In this document: positions 1 through 11,544 of the stretch, piece after piece | How positions within the stretch are numbered: the stretch's first letter is position 1 | Layout: each line of letters begins with the position of its first letter | NCBI RefSeq assembly: GCF_006345805.1 | Contig: NC_043002.1 | Location: 13,330,001 to 13,394,000, forward strand | Length of the DNA: 64,000 nucleotides | Reading direction: 5' to 3' | DNA from: Octopus sinensis | Taxonomy: Eukaryota | Program-made: the position numbers and the translations under genes | Notes under the pieces: generated by a model | The model's database searches: none | Told to the model about the DNA's origin: nothing | What the model saw: only the letters and a program-made list of their open reading frames with translations

Positions 1-663
1 GAAGCATTATTAAGCCAGAATGAGACTATAAGATTCCGCTGTTTGGGATCTGACGATTTGGCACGGCTGACTGGACAATCAACCTGTTTTGGTGACAGCA
101 CTTTTAAGCGCCGCAGGCAAACACACACATACACTTACACATGTACGTACATATATACACGTCAGCTTGAGGGAGAGGGGAGCCATTACATAAAGAAACA
201 TAAGTAGATGCCCATAGATGTAAACAAAAGAAATATTGAAACGCCTGATGTCAAATACGTCAGCGTTGAATCAGTAACGCCAAACAGGCGGCGCCAAAAC
301 GGCTGTGCCAAAACGCCTCATACCCATCTTCGTAGTATAGACATCAAATAAAAACGTACTTCACAGAGAAATTTTTGGAAACGAAAAAAACTGTTACAGT
401 AAAAGCAAAACGTAAAAACTTATTGAAATCTATTGCTTACATTATTTTATTATATGTAACATAATTTTTCAAAATATATTTTTCAAGACACTCGAATATT
501 AATGTTGATAATTTTTTGCATTTTACTTCATAGCGCACAGGAAATCAAGTTTCCTGAAGTATTTCGTTCAGAATTTTTTAAAAAATTAAAGTAAAAAAAA
601 TTGTTGAAACAAAAATTGTAGAAAAAATGTTTACTTTGATCTTATTTCAGTATAACAAGATTT

Positions 664-1246
664 TTCTTTTCTACTTTAGGCACAAGGCCGGAAATTTGGG
701 GGAGGAGGCCATTCCATTAGATCGACACCAGTACGCAACTGGTACTTTATTTATTAACCCTGAAAGTATGAAAAGCAAAGTTGACCTTGGCGGAATTTGA
801 ACTCAAAACTTAAAGACAGACAAAATACCTGTTTCTTTACTACCCACTAGGGGCTAAACACAGAGAGGACAAGCAAGGACAGACAAATGGATTAAGTCGA
901 TTGTATTGACCCCAGTGCGTAACTGGTACTTAATTTATCGACCCCGAAAGGATGAAAGGCAAAGTCGACCTCGGCGGAATTTGAACTCAGAACGTAACGG
1001 CAGACAAAATACCTATTTCATTACTACCCACTAGGGGCTAAACACAGAGAGGACAAACACGAACAGACAAACGGATTAAGTCGATTATATCGACCCTAGT
1101 GCGTAACTGGTACTTATTTAATCGACTCCGAAAGGATGAAAGGCAAAGTCGACCTCGGCGGAATTTGAACTCAGAACGTAGCGGCAGACAAAATACCGCT
1201 AAGCATTTCACCCGGCATCCTAACGCTTCTGCCAGATTGCCGGCTT
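664..1246 (-). mobile_element. SINE-A (tRNA-headed, ~240 bp) head-to-tail trimer
   Basis: Reverse complement of GGCGGCGAGCTGGCAGAA..GAGTTCAAATTCCGCCGAGGTCGACTTTGCCTTTCATCC..; three ~180-bp bodies, one tRNA-like head at the right end. Confidence 0.85.
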
Positions 1247-1849
1247 AGTATGACAAAATTATTGATAAGCTTTTGAAGATATTCAAGTATATTTCCATGA
1301 ATATTCTATAAAATTATATTTTTAAAAATCTACGGTATAATTGGATACATCTTGCGGTGTATCGTTTCGCAGTCTCTGGTCTAATCAATTTATTCACAAA
1401 ACTTGAGATGGTCTGCAACTTAGAAGATATTTTCCCAAAGTATCACGGTGGAATCGAACCCAAATCACACATAACGAACTTTTAAACAATTTGGCTAGCT
1501 CCACGATACCTTCACCTGTAGAAAGCAGGTAAACAATTTTTATATATTAAGATCTGTAGATTCCAATTATCTCGCTAGAACCAACTTTACCTTTAAGTTT
1601 TGCAGTTTGGTAAATAACCGAGTGTTGCTTATTCCCAAATCGGGTTTTCTGCCCGAATTGTAAATCCATTTATAATCATATGTGAGGAAAATAGATCAGC
1701 ACAAGTGCTGTATTTGGCAAAATACGAATATTATAGCGAAAGTAATGCAAAAGTGGACATAACATTTCTATTAAATGACATAGATCGTACAAATTGCTTA
1801 TTTTGCTAGTGTAATTTTTCTTCCTGTCATCCTTCATTGCCTCTAAATA

Positions 1850-2184
1850 ATGGCTCCCAAGAAGGAGTGACTGGTCGTCGTTGAGTTTACGACGGAGGAA
1901 GGCTGCAGGCTATCCAACATCCACAGAAGGCTATTGACTGTTTACAGATATAGCGACATTTTGTAAGACCAATGTGCACAGATGGATGAAGTTTAAAGAT
2001 ATGGAAACCAGTGTTGAAGAAAATTTACGCAGTGGAAGACCATCAACCGCAACCACTGGCACGGATCGCCAGTGAGTGGGTGAATTTATTCATGGGGGCA
2101 AACAAGTCGAAATCTGTGAACTAGAGGCACAACCGGACTGTGGTCACAAAGCTTTGCAAAAGATCGTGGAATACTTTGGATATT

Positions 2185-2186
<2 letters not shown>
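1850..2186 (+). pseudogene. mariner transposase N-terminal (HTH) remnant
   Basis: Hand translation with a frameshift and a stop: ..NIHRRLLTV / NVHRWMKFKDMETSVEENLRSGRPSTATT..ICELEAQPDCGHKALQKIVEYFGYW, typical mariner RW..F..G..S.E...RSGRP motif. Confidence 0.75.
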
Positions 2187-2243
<57 letters not shown>

Positions 2244-2324
2244 ACTACTACTACTTTCCTTCTCTGAGCGTCGTATTAATACATTGCTTGTGCTACGTTC
2301 CTTTTCTTTCTTTCTCTTTTTTCA

Positions 2325-2355
<31 letters not shown>

Positions 2356-3020
2356 GAGAGAGAGAGAAAGAGAGAGACGCACATTATAATTGCTATTATT
2401 TTTTTGCATCCACAAATGGAGACGAGCACGCTAACATTTCCATGTGGTGCGCTTGAACAATTGTGAAAATTCCTTCGCATGGAAACATTGGTTGCCTTGT
2501 TAACCCACAAATAAAATACACACGCACAAACATACACGCACGTGAGTATATATATGGACATACGATAGAAATAGTGGTACTCAATACATTCGATAGAAGT
2601 TACATATGCTTTCATATCATTTAAGAACGGCTTCATTCAACTTCATATAGTTTAAAGTTTCGTGGCGCGCATGACAGACCGACCTCATCAGATATTGGAA
2701 ACAACCGGATGGATGGATATTCCGCAGTTTCTGTTTACCAAATTTCAAAATTCCAAGTAATTCTCAGTCCGAAGTCATGGTATGAGACACTTGTCGAATG
2801 TGGGGTGTCTCGCTGTGGGGTGGATAGAACCTTGGAACCACGCAGTTGCAAAGCGGGCTACTTAACTACAAAGTAATGCCTAATCGACTTTTCACCCCCT
2901 CACCACTACCACCACAACCACCACCTAAATTTGTAGTTTTGTGCCAATTTTAGCAATCAGTGTATGGGAGTCTATTTTAGTACATACTAATTTCGTAATA
3001 AAACATATATAGCCACGTAC

Positions 3021-3022
3021 TC

Positions 3023-3084
<62 letters not shown>

Positions 3085-3660
3085 TTGCCAATGGTAGCGG
3101 TGATGGTAGTGGTGGTGGGGGGGTGACATTGTAGTGGTGAAGGTAGACGTGGTACCGGCGACAATAGTAGTGGTGGTAGCAGCCATTGTGGCCCCGGTGG
3201 CAGTGGCAACTTTGGAAGTAAAGGCAACAGTGGTGTCGGCGGCCGCCGTTGTGATGGAGGCAGCGGAGGTGTTGTTGTTGTTGTTGGTGGGGGTGGTGGT
3301 AGTTGTGGTGGTATTGGTGGTGGCAGTGGTGTTGATGGTGGTGGAGGTGTTGGTAGTGGTGGTGGAGGTGTTGATGGTGGTGGTGGTGTTGATGGTGGTG
3401 GTGGTGGTGGTGGTGACGGTGGTGGTGACGGTGGTGGTGGTGACAATGGTGGTGGTAGTGGTGGTGACGGTGGTGGTGGTGTTACTGGTGGAGGCGGTGG
3501 TGCTGGCGATGGTGGTGGTGTTGGTGAAGGAGGAAGTGGTGGTGGTGGTGGTGGTGGTGCTGGCGATGGTGGTGGTGCTGGTGGAAGAGAAGGTGGTGTT
3601 GGTGGAGGAGAAGGTGGTTGTGGTGGTGTTGGTGGTGGTGGTGGTGGTTACTGTTGTTAC
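3021..3660. repeat. (GTA)n then (GGT)n-rich microsatellite
   Basis: Directly visible; explains the poly-Val and poly-Pro ORFs. Confidence 0.95.
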
Positions 3661-4116
3661 TGTTCGTTGATTTATTTATTTTCTTTTTCTGTTTTAATGA
3701 ATTACTGATAAGATAAAGGTGGAATTTCGTGTCACTGTCTCTTGAAGTCCTTATCAGACTTTTGCGTTGTTGCTACTGTTGTTGTTGTGGTTGTTGTTGT
3801 TACTGTTGTGGTTGTTATTGTCGTTGCTGTTCTCGTCGTTTTGTCGTTGTCATCGTCGTCATTGTTGTGTTCATCCTTGTTATTTAACCCCTGGTAGACC
3901 TGAGCCAAACAGACCTAATAATCTTTATTAGCTATGACCACTCCGTTATTTTTATCTCTTCCTCTCTCGCCACCCCTATTTATAAGGTACCCAGCACCAC
4001 ATTTGCCATGTATGCTCTTGTTTATTTTGTTTGTTTTTTTTTTTGTTTTTTGCGTGTATCTTTTTAAACGGTAAGGTAGGGTATAAAAACAAAAATTTGG
4101 CTGCTATTGCCAGGAT

Positions 4117-4536
4117 GTGAAACGACCAAGTTGGCGCCTTCTCGTTGGCATGTTCATCTCCAGTCTTGAGCTAATCGACTTTTTCGTTTTCCACATGAAA
4201 CGAAAAATAAGGCTGGAGAAGAAATGCCTGTCGCAAAGTGTATTTCTTAAAAGATGGAAGTCTATAGCAAGTATGTTGCGAGAGAAAGATCCGGTTTAAA
4301 CGAGAAAATAAAAAGGAGAAAGCAAAGTCTTCAGTGTGAGTATGTGGTTTTTGGGGTCGATCGCGTCCTCTGCTTCATTTTTTGTAAATCACTCATTCTC
4401 ATTTTGTTGTATATATTTTAATTGTTTGTTTATTCATACGTTTCGTCTCGTTCGATACCCTGACCCCCAACGTTTGTTTTGTTTGTCCCCGTATCGTCCC
4501 CTCTTTTTCTCAACCTTATGGTGAATAAAGAAATTT
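4117..4536 (+). mobile_element. 3' end of an L1/Tx1-like LINE (ORF2 C-terminus plus 3' UTR)
   Basis: KRKIRLEKKCLSQSVFLKRW resembles Tx1/L1 ORF2 C-termini (from memory); the 3' UTR ending CCTTATGGTGAATAAAGAAATT recurs at 45020-45178. Confidence 0.5.
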
Positions 4537-5119
4537 TCTCGTTGGTTCCAGATTGTTGCAAGTCATTGCGAATAGTGTCCAGTCGACGTCTGCAGATGAA
4601 AACATGAACTTAGGTGGATTTCCAGAAACTTCTATTTTTCATGATGATGATGATGATGATGCCTTTGACGACGACGACGACGACTACAATGATGATGATG
4701 ATGATGATGACAGCAACAAAATATATCTAAGAGAAAATATGTTAGGCGAGAAAAAAATATTATAAGATTTATGACATTAAATTATGTTTGAATATATAAA
4801 TCTAAATCAGAATATATTTTTACTGTAAAATATTGCTTCACCAGTTCGTCTCGATTTATCTTCGTTATGATAAAACTTCAGATCAAATACGGTTAAATTA
4901 AGAAAATATGTTTATCAAAAACATAAATCATTACTTCATAAGCAATAGTAATATAACATAGACTTCGTAGCGAGTCCCTGCCTAAAATTTGAAACTGCAA
5001 CATTTGCACACGGTGCCGTGCACTGGTATTGAAACCAAGAACACATGATTTGGAAGCAAGCTTTTCAATTACCCAGCCACGCCTGCTCCTATAAGCTACA
5101 CTTGTGCCTTTAGTTAGGT

Positions 5120-5697
5120 ATAGAGAGAGAGAGGGTGTGCGTGTGTGTGTGTGAGTGAGTGAATGAGTGAGTGGGTGAGTGAGTGAATGAATGAGTGAGT
5201 GAGTGAATGGGTGAGTGATTGAGTGACAGTGAGTGAGTAAGTGAGTGAGTGAGTGAGTGAATGAGTGATTGAGTTATTGAGTGAGTGAGTGGATGACTGA
5301 GTGAGCGAGTGAGTGGGTGAATGAGTGAGTGAATGAGTGAGTGAGTGAATGAGTGAGTGAATGAATGAGTGAGTGAGTGACTGAATGAGAGATTGAGTGA
5401 GTGAGTGGTGAGTGAGTGAGTGAGTGAGTGAGTGAGTGAGTGAGTGAATCAGTGGGTGAGTGAGTGAGTGAGTGAATGAGTGAATGAGTGATTGATTGAG
5501 TGAGTGAGTCAGTGAGTGATTGAGTGATTGAGTGAGTCAGTGAGTCAGTGCGGGAGTGAGTGAGTGAGTGAGTGAGTGAGAGAGTGAGTGAGTGAATGAG
5601 TGAGTGAGTGAGTGAGTGAATGAGTCAGTGAGTGATTGAGTGATTGAGTGAGTCAGTGAGTGAGTCAGTGCGGGAGTGAGTGAGTGAGTGAGTGACT
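5120..5697. repeat. (GAGT)n degenerate microsatellite
   Basis: Directly visible. Confidence 0.95.
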
Positions 5698-6100
5698 TCT
5701 TGAGGCAGAAAACTTCACAAACTGTTACTCGGGGTTTCACATAACTAACCATCAGACTTTTTCCTGATGATCAATGATGTGAAACTCCGGAAACAATGAG
5801 AAGCGTTTTATAAAAGATTTTCAGCTTCAGTAACTCTACACCTCGTAATCTACTCTACCTTTGGTATTCGAGAACTGTTTATTTTTTTCCCACTTTTTTT
5901 AACACTTAGGTGCTTGCATGACTGTGTGTATATGTGTATGTGTATGTGTGTGAGTGTGTGTGTATGTCTGTGTGTGTGAGTGTAATAATTATTTATTTTA
6001 TTTGCCTCGGGGCGAAGGATAAGAAGGACAATATAAAGACAGACATAAAGTGCGGGGGGGGGGTTACATATAATGCAATGACAGTCTAAACCTATCAGTT

Positions 6101-6101
<1 letters not shown>

Positions 6102-6152
<51 letters not shown>

Positions 6153-6205
6153 TCGGTTGTTTATATACTTTGTTCTTGAGAACGAAAGCTTCTTTATTAT
6201 TAGCT

Positions 6206-6268
<63 letters not shown>

Positions 6269-6470
6269 AAAGTAGTATTGGTCTTCGTGTTGTGTTTTTA
6301 TTTTGATTATCAGCACTTGATGAAAATAGTGAAGTGGTACGATATTTTGTTGTTACCTCTGCACATAAACAAAACACTAATCCTCCTTCCTCTCCTCCCC
6401 CTCCTCCTCCAACTACTACTACTACCACTACTACTATTCCTCCACCTACTACTACTACTACTACTACTAT
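6102..6470. repeat. (TAA)n, (GTA)n, (CCT/CTA)n microsatellite cluster
   Basis: Directly visible; source of the poly-Val/Leu/Tyr ORFs. Confidence 0.95.
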
Positions 6471-6598
6471 TGTGTCACTGTCACCAAATGATAGTAACTG
6501 TTGACCCATTTACTGTCGCTAAATGTCAAATGATATGTCTGGCACTTAATAGTTTTGCGATTTTTATTGTCAGTTTCTTTATAAGATGTGTCCCTCTT

Positions 6599-6998
6599 AG
6601 GCGGCGAGATGGCAGAAAGGTTAGCTCGCCGGGCGAAATGCTTAGCGGTATTTCGTCTGCCGCTACGTTCTGAGCTCAAATTCCGCCGAGGTCGACTTTG
6701 CCTTTCATCCTTCCGGGGTCGATTAAATAAGTACCAGTTACGCACTGGGGTCGATGTAATCGACTTAATCCATTTGTCTGTCATTGTTTTTCCTCACTGT
6801 GTGTAGCCCCTTGTAGGTAGTAAAGAAATAGGTATTTCGTCTGCCTCTACGTTCTGAGTTCAAATTCCGCCAAGGTCGACTTTACCTTTCATCCTTTCGA
6901 AGTTGATAAATTAAGTACCAGTTGCGTACAGGAGTCGATCTAATCGATTGGCCCTCTCCCCTAAAATTTCTGTCCTTGTGCCTAGAGTAGAAAAGAAA
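6599..6998 (+). mobile_element. SINE-A dimer
   Basis: Full head at 6599; junction TAAAGAAATA|GGTATTTCG at 6821-6839; second body follows. Confidence 0.85.
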
Positions 6999-7195
6999 GG
7001 ATGTGTCCCTCTGCGAAGATTCACTAATGTACAACTGTCGCCTACCATTCACAGAAAGATGTCTCAAATTTAACACTTTGTCTCCCAAGCCTATTTTGTG
7101 CTATATTTTCTTTTGCACCAGCGAGTTAATTCTATTATAACTAACATTTTTTTAAGATTCTCCTTTTTATAAACGATATATAGTAATTTCCAGTC

Positions 7196-7500
7196 ACACG
7201 AGGTTGTGTGGTAAGAAGTTTGCTTCCCAACCACATGGTTCTGGGTTTAGTCCCACTGTGAGGAACGTCAAGCAGGTGTCTCCTACTATAGCCTCGGGCT
7301 AAACAAAGCCTTGTGAATGAATTTGATAGACAGAAATTGAAAGAAGTGCGTTGTGTTCTCCGGCAAAACACTTCGTTTCTCGTTACTCCAGTCCACTCAG
7401 CTAGCAAAAATAAGTAACCCTGCGACGGAGATGCGTTCCGTCCATGTAGGGAATATATATATACGACATGGAAACTGGGAAACCGGCCCTTATGAATCGG
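7196..7500 (+). mobile_element. SINE-B 5' half followed by a SINE-C fragment
   Basis: GTGTGGTAAGAAGTTTGCTTCCCAACCACATGGTTC.. (B head); CTCCAGTCCACTCAGCT..CCTGCGACGG (C body, also at 12535 and 51702). Confidence 0.6.
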
Positions 7501-7748
7501 CATGTCACGAGAAGGTAGCTTTAAAATTTTTTTTTAATTCAGCTGTAAACGTGTAGCCTTGTGACTGAGTGGCGTACAAGGGTGAGATGGTGACTCAGGA
7601 AAATCACCCGAATGGATATCTCGTGAGTCACGTTTTGTATTCAGTGTTCGAAAGTAGAAAGCAGAATAGTAGAACCCGTTTTGTGAATCCCGATTTGTTG
7701 GGATTGGCTGTTCAACCACGACTGATTTATGATTAAGCATAATTTGTC

Positions 7749-7967
7749 CTCTTTTACTTGTTTCAGTCATTTGACTGTGGTCATGGTGGAGCACCGTCTT
7801 TAGTCAAACAAATCGACCCCGGGACTTATTGCTTATAAACCTAGTACTTATTCTATCGGTCTCTTTTGCCGAGCCGCTAAGTTACGGGGACGTAAACACA
7901 CCAGCATCAGTTGTCAAGCGATGTTGGAGGTATAAACACAGACAGAAACATACACACACACACACAC

Positions 7968-8008
<41 letters not shown>

Positions 8009-8166
8009 CGACAGGATTCTTTCAGTTTCCCTCTACCAAATCCACTCAAAAGGCTTTGGTCGACCCGAGGCTATAGTAGAAGACACTTGCCCAAAGTGCC
8101 ACACAGTGGGACTGAACCTGGAACTATGTGGTTGGTAAGCAAGCTGCTTACCACACAGCCACTCCT
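7749..8166 (-). mobile_element. SINE-B, full length with internal (CA)/(TA) microsatellite
   Basis: Matches copies at 23424, 26188, 26785, 34898 and 40103. Confidence 0.85.
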
Positions 8167-8388
8167 ACTCCTCTCAATTTCTGATGATGTTATACACATT
8201 TGAATAATTTACAGAGCAGAACCAAACAGAAGATTTAGTTAAAATCTTTATCAAAACATTTTAAATTATATAATCTTTGTACGTGTTCTTCAGCGTATGT
8301 TGCGCGACAGATTCGACTCTAAAACAGTAGATCTCCTGGAGGAAAAAGCAATTTAATCCAATGTTAATTACAAAGGCCTTATCAGTAA

Positions 8389-8790
8389 TGAAGGCGCGTG
8401 GCCCAGTGGTTAAAGTTTGCAGTTTACAGTAATATACCTATTTCTTTACTACCCACAAGGGGCTAAACACAGAGAGGACAAACAAGGACAGACAAACGGT
8501 TTAAGTCGATTATATCGACCCCAATGCGTAACTGGTACTTAATTTATCGACCCCGAAAGGATGAAAGGCAAAGTCGACCTCGGCGGAATTTGAACTCAGA
8601 ACGTAACGGCAGACGAAATACGGCTACGCATTTCGCCCGGCGTGCTAACGTTTCTGCCAGCTCGCCGCCTTTACAGTAATAATACCGTGAGTTCAATTCC
8701 TAGGTCGGGTAGCACGTTGCATCTTTGAGCAACGTACTTCATTTCATGCTGCTTCAGTCTACTCAGCCGAGAACTGGTGCATCTCTTGCC
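8389..8790. mobile_element. SINE-C (+) interrupted in its tRNA head by a full SINE-A (-, 8435-8669)
   Basis: Direct repeat TTTACAGTAATA at 8423-8434 and 8670-8681 flanks SINE-A; host head GGCGCGTGGCCCAGTGGTTAA..GAGTTCAATTCC is split. Confidence 0.75.
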
Positions 8791-9770
8791 CTCCCCCACC
8801 TCTCTTTCTATCCTAGATAATTGCGTAGCTAGAGTGTGTGCTGCTCTGACCCCACAAAAAGCACATATTGCCTACAGCAGATCCAAAAAAAGCCGCCAAA
8901 GGGCGGATCGCCCATACCGCCCCCTCCCCCATATACTATAAAAAAACATATGTTATAAAAAATATAGCCATGAAACGTGCGTAGTCTTTTTACTACTACT
9001 ATTGTTTACTATTTATTGTACTTTATCGATCTTTAGAATAAGACTTTTTTTATAGTATATGTTTTTTTAATTGTTTAATAGAGGTTTTCTCTAGTGATCC
9101 TAGATGTACGGCTGGATCAAAGAATGAAAGACACAGACGCGAGAGGGAAACCATCTCGGCACGTGACCACATGGAAACCTAAATGAATTAGTGGTGGTAT
9201 GCTACATGTGACCTAGCCATACTCGTTCGCGAGCGACTGCTGCTTCTTTAATTATTCACTGGCACCTACAGGCATTTTATCAAAAAAGAACTTATTATTT
9301 AAAAAGATTTTTTAGACGCCTCTCAGTCGCCTTGTTGATATATGATACATTCAGACGAAAATAAACTATTATTACGTTTGCTGGTGTATTTTTACAGCGT
9401 AAATGTTTTGAATTAAATAAACTAAACTATGTTATAGAAGGTGAAGTTAAGTTAGATTAGATAGGATTTGTTTATTTACAAAAATGAAATAAAATATGCA
9501 CTCTCAATTATGTCTGCCACTAGGCTATTTAACCAGGTAAAATTCAAATCTTCCTCAAACTATAGTAATAACAACATATTACTGTTATAAACTAATGTTC
9601 AATGTTATTCACAGTCCATCATAATGGTAGACTACTTGGTATAACTAAGATTGGGAACAACTTGTCCAAATGGCTCATGTTGAAGAATACCAATGCAGTG
9701 TGCAAGTGTATGTAACTACGTACTAAAAACTATATAATACATACATTATATATATATATATATATATATA

Positions 9771-9825
<55 letters not shown>

Positions 9826-9832
<7 letters not shown>

Positions 9833-10037
9833 ATCCAAACATGAAACACAAAGAGAAACCACAACAACGCGAGGACATGGAACAAGTATAGTGTTATTGG
9901 ACGCTCGGGAAAGGAAAGAAAGAAGGAGGATTTAACGTTTCGAGCGGAGCTCTTCGTCAGAAACATAGGAAAAGGGAAAGATCCAAGGAAGGGAAGACGG
10001 AGGAAAATAAATCGTCAACGATACACACGCGATCACA
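9826..10037 (-). mobile_element. PLE terminal (pLTR-like) non-autonomous element
   Basis: Related copies at 24117, 27355 and 14755; adjoins (TA)n; contains a hammerhead-like core. Confidence 0.6.
9921..9970 (-). ncRNA. minimal type I hammerhead-like motif
   Basis: Minus strand GTTT-CTGACGA-A-GAGC(TCC)GCTC-GAAAC-GTT-AAAT; palindromic stem III (ACGT); 4-bp stem I. Confidence 0.55.
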
Positions 10038-10040
10038 TTA

Positions 10041-10700
10041 CTAGCTGAGGTACCCGGTAAAAAAAATTACCATTAATAAGATGTTTGTTTATAGCCATGA
10101 AACTTTTTTCAAAAGATTAAAATCTATATTAATGGGTAGGACCAAGTTTACGAAAAAATGAGCAGTCTGGTAGCGAACCCGTATCGTCGTCATTTCTGTG
10201 CATGTGCGTAAAATGGCGAAATTTTACGCTTTGGGACAGATTTCGTCATATTGATGTCACGCTGACTAGTGTGCAAAATGCCTAAATTTTGCTTAAAAAA
10301 GAATGGTCTCACCTAATCAAAACCTGAAACGCTGTGGAATTAAAACAACGAATTGAAATAATAAGTTTTAGCAAATCAAAACAATTCGCATTGAAATGAA
10401 GAATTAGCAAATGTTAAATAGATTACCGTTAATAAGATGTCCTGTTTATAGCCATGGCTAGTGCGAAAAATGCCGAAATTTGACGATATTTGAAAAATCG
10501 ATACTGATTAAAAATCGATGTTTTTAAAATTCCAAGTGCGTAAGTGACTGCATGGGCACAAGCCCCCCACACATGTCAAGTTTCATCAATGTCTGTTGGA
10601 TAGTCTTGGAGGTCAGTCGTTCGAGAATGGCACTCAACAGAGTCTGGAACAATTGTACGAGTGAGGGGACAAACGAAAGAAGGGCACTCAACACATTTAT
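10041..10700 (-). mobile_element. possible non-autonomous Helitron remnant
   Basis: Minus strand ends ..CCGGGTACCTCAGCTAG|T (Helitron-like 3' CTAG); 5' end not identified. Confidence 0.35.
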
Positions 10701-10713
10701 TGGGAGTTACATG

Positions 10714-10804
10714 TATGGATCAAAACAGTTTGATTTAAATTTGTTGGTACTCCGAGAATTTCTCAGAGTACCAGCGAATTTGAATCATGCTGTTTTGATC
10801 CATA
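10714..10804. repeat. ~90-bp palindrome (TA-flanked mini-MITE-like hairpin)
   Basis: TATGGATCAAAACAG..CTGTTTTGATCCATA; 44-bp stem, 3-nt loop, 4 G.T pairs and 2 mismatches. Confidence 0.8.
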
Positions 10805-10844
10805 TATATATATATATATATATATATATCTTTTTCTTGTTTCT

Positions 10845-11040
10845 GTTATTGGACTTCAGCCACGCTGGGGCATTTGCTTTGAAGGACTCTAACCAAATGA
10901 ATCGACCCCACTACTTTTTTTTTTTTAAATACGGTACTTTGTTCTATTGGTCTCTTTGCCGAACGCCGCTAAGTTACGGGGGCATAAACAAAGCAGCACC
11001 GGTTGTGAAGTGGTTTTAAGGGACAAACACAAATACACAC
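10845..11040 (-). mobile_element. SINE-B 3' half (decayed)
   Basis: TTCTATTGGTCTCTTTGCCGAACGCCGCTAAGTTACGGG matches SINE-B. Confidence 0.65.
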
Positions 11041-11324
11041 ATGCATTTGTTTTTTAATTTTCTTTTCTTGTTACGAAGTTCTTAAAATTTCTAGTCATTG
11101 GCTCTCATGGATTGTACTATTTCATTCTCTTTAGAAATTATCAGTATGATACAACCTGTAACTTATTAATAAAGAATCTTATGAAGTGAGACATTTCATT
11201 GAAGATGGAAATGATTTCAGTCTGGAGAATGTTAATGGAACATTTTTTCCTTCTTTATCTTCATAGGATGTAAGTAGTCTAAGAATCAAGAGAAAGGATA
11301 ATAGCTCTTAATATTCACATACAA

Positions 11325-11515
11325 GAAGGCTGGCAGAATCGTTAGCACGCCGGACAAAAATACTTAGTGGTATTTCGTCCCTCTTCTGAGTTCAAATTCC
11401 GCCGAGGTTGACTTTGCCTTAAATCCTTTTGATATCGATAAAATGAGTACCAGTTAAGTATTGGGGGTCGACTTACACTCTTCCTCAAAAGTGCTAGCCA
11501 TGTGCTAAAACTTTA
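11325..11515 (+). mobile_element. SINE-A (decayed)
   Basis: GCTGGCAGAATCGTTAGCACGCCGG..GAGTTCAAATTCCGCCGAGG. Confidence 0.7.
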
Positions 11516-11544
11516 AAACAATATTCACATACAGTGTAATAATT

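Noticed and set aside
240-326. Terminus of a DNA transposon (CGCCAAAAC repeats ending CATACCC)
   Set aside because: Partner end lies outside the window or is absent; cannot classify. The pogo-like TIR at ~43968-44030 is likewise unpaired.
664-1246. CRISPR-like regular repeats (SINE multimers, 57-bp, 79-bp and 166-bp arrays)
   Set aside because: Whole units repeat with no unique spacers, there are no cas genes, and the context is eukaryotic.
2925-3670. Pro-rich and Val-rich ORFs (173/178 aa)
   Set aside because: Translations of (GGT)n/(GTA)n microsatellite; the same applies to 5850-6673, 21291-21836, 22503-22980, 24731-25933, 52522-53068 and 55750-56272.
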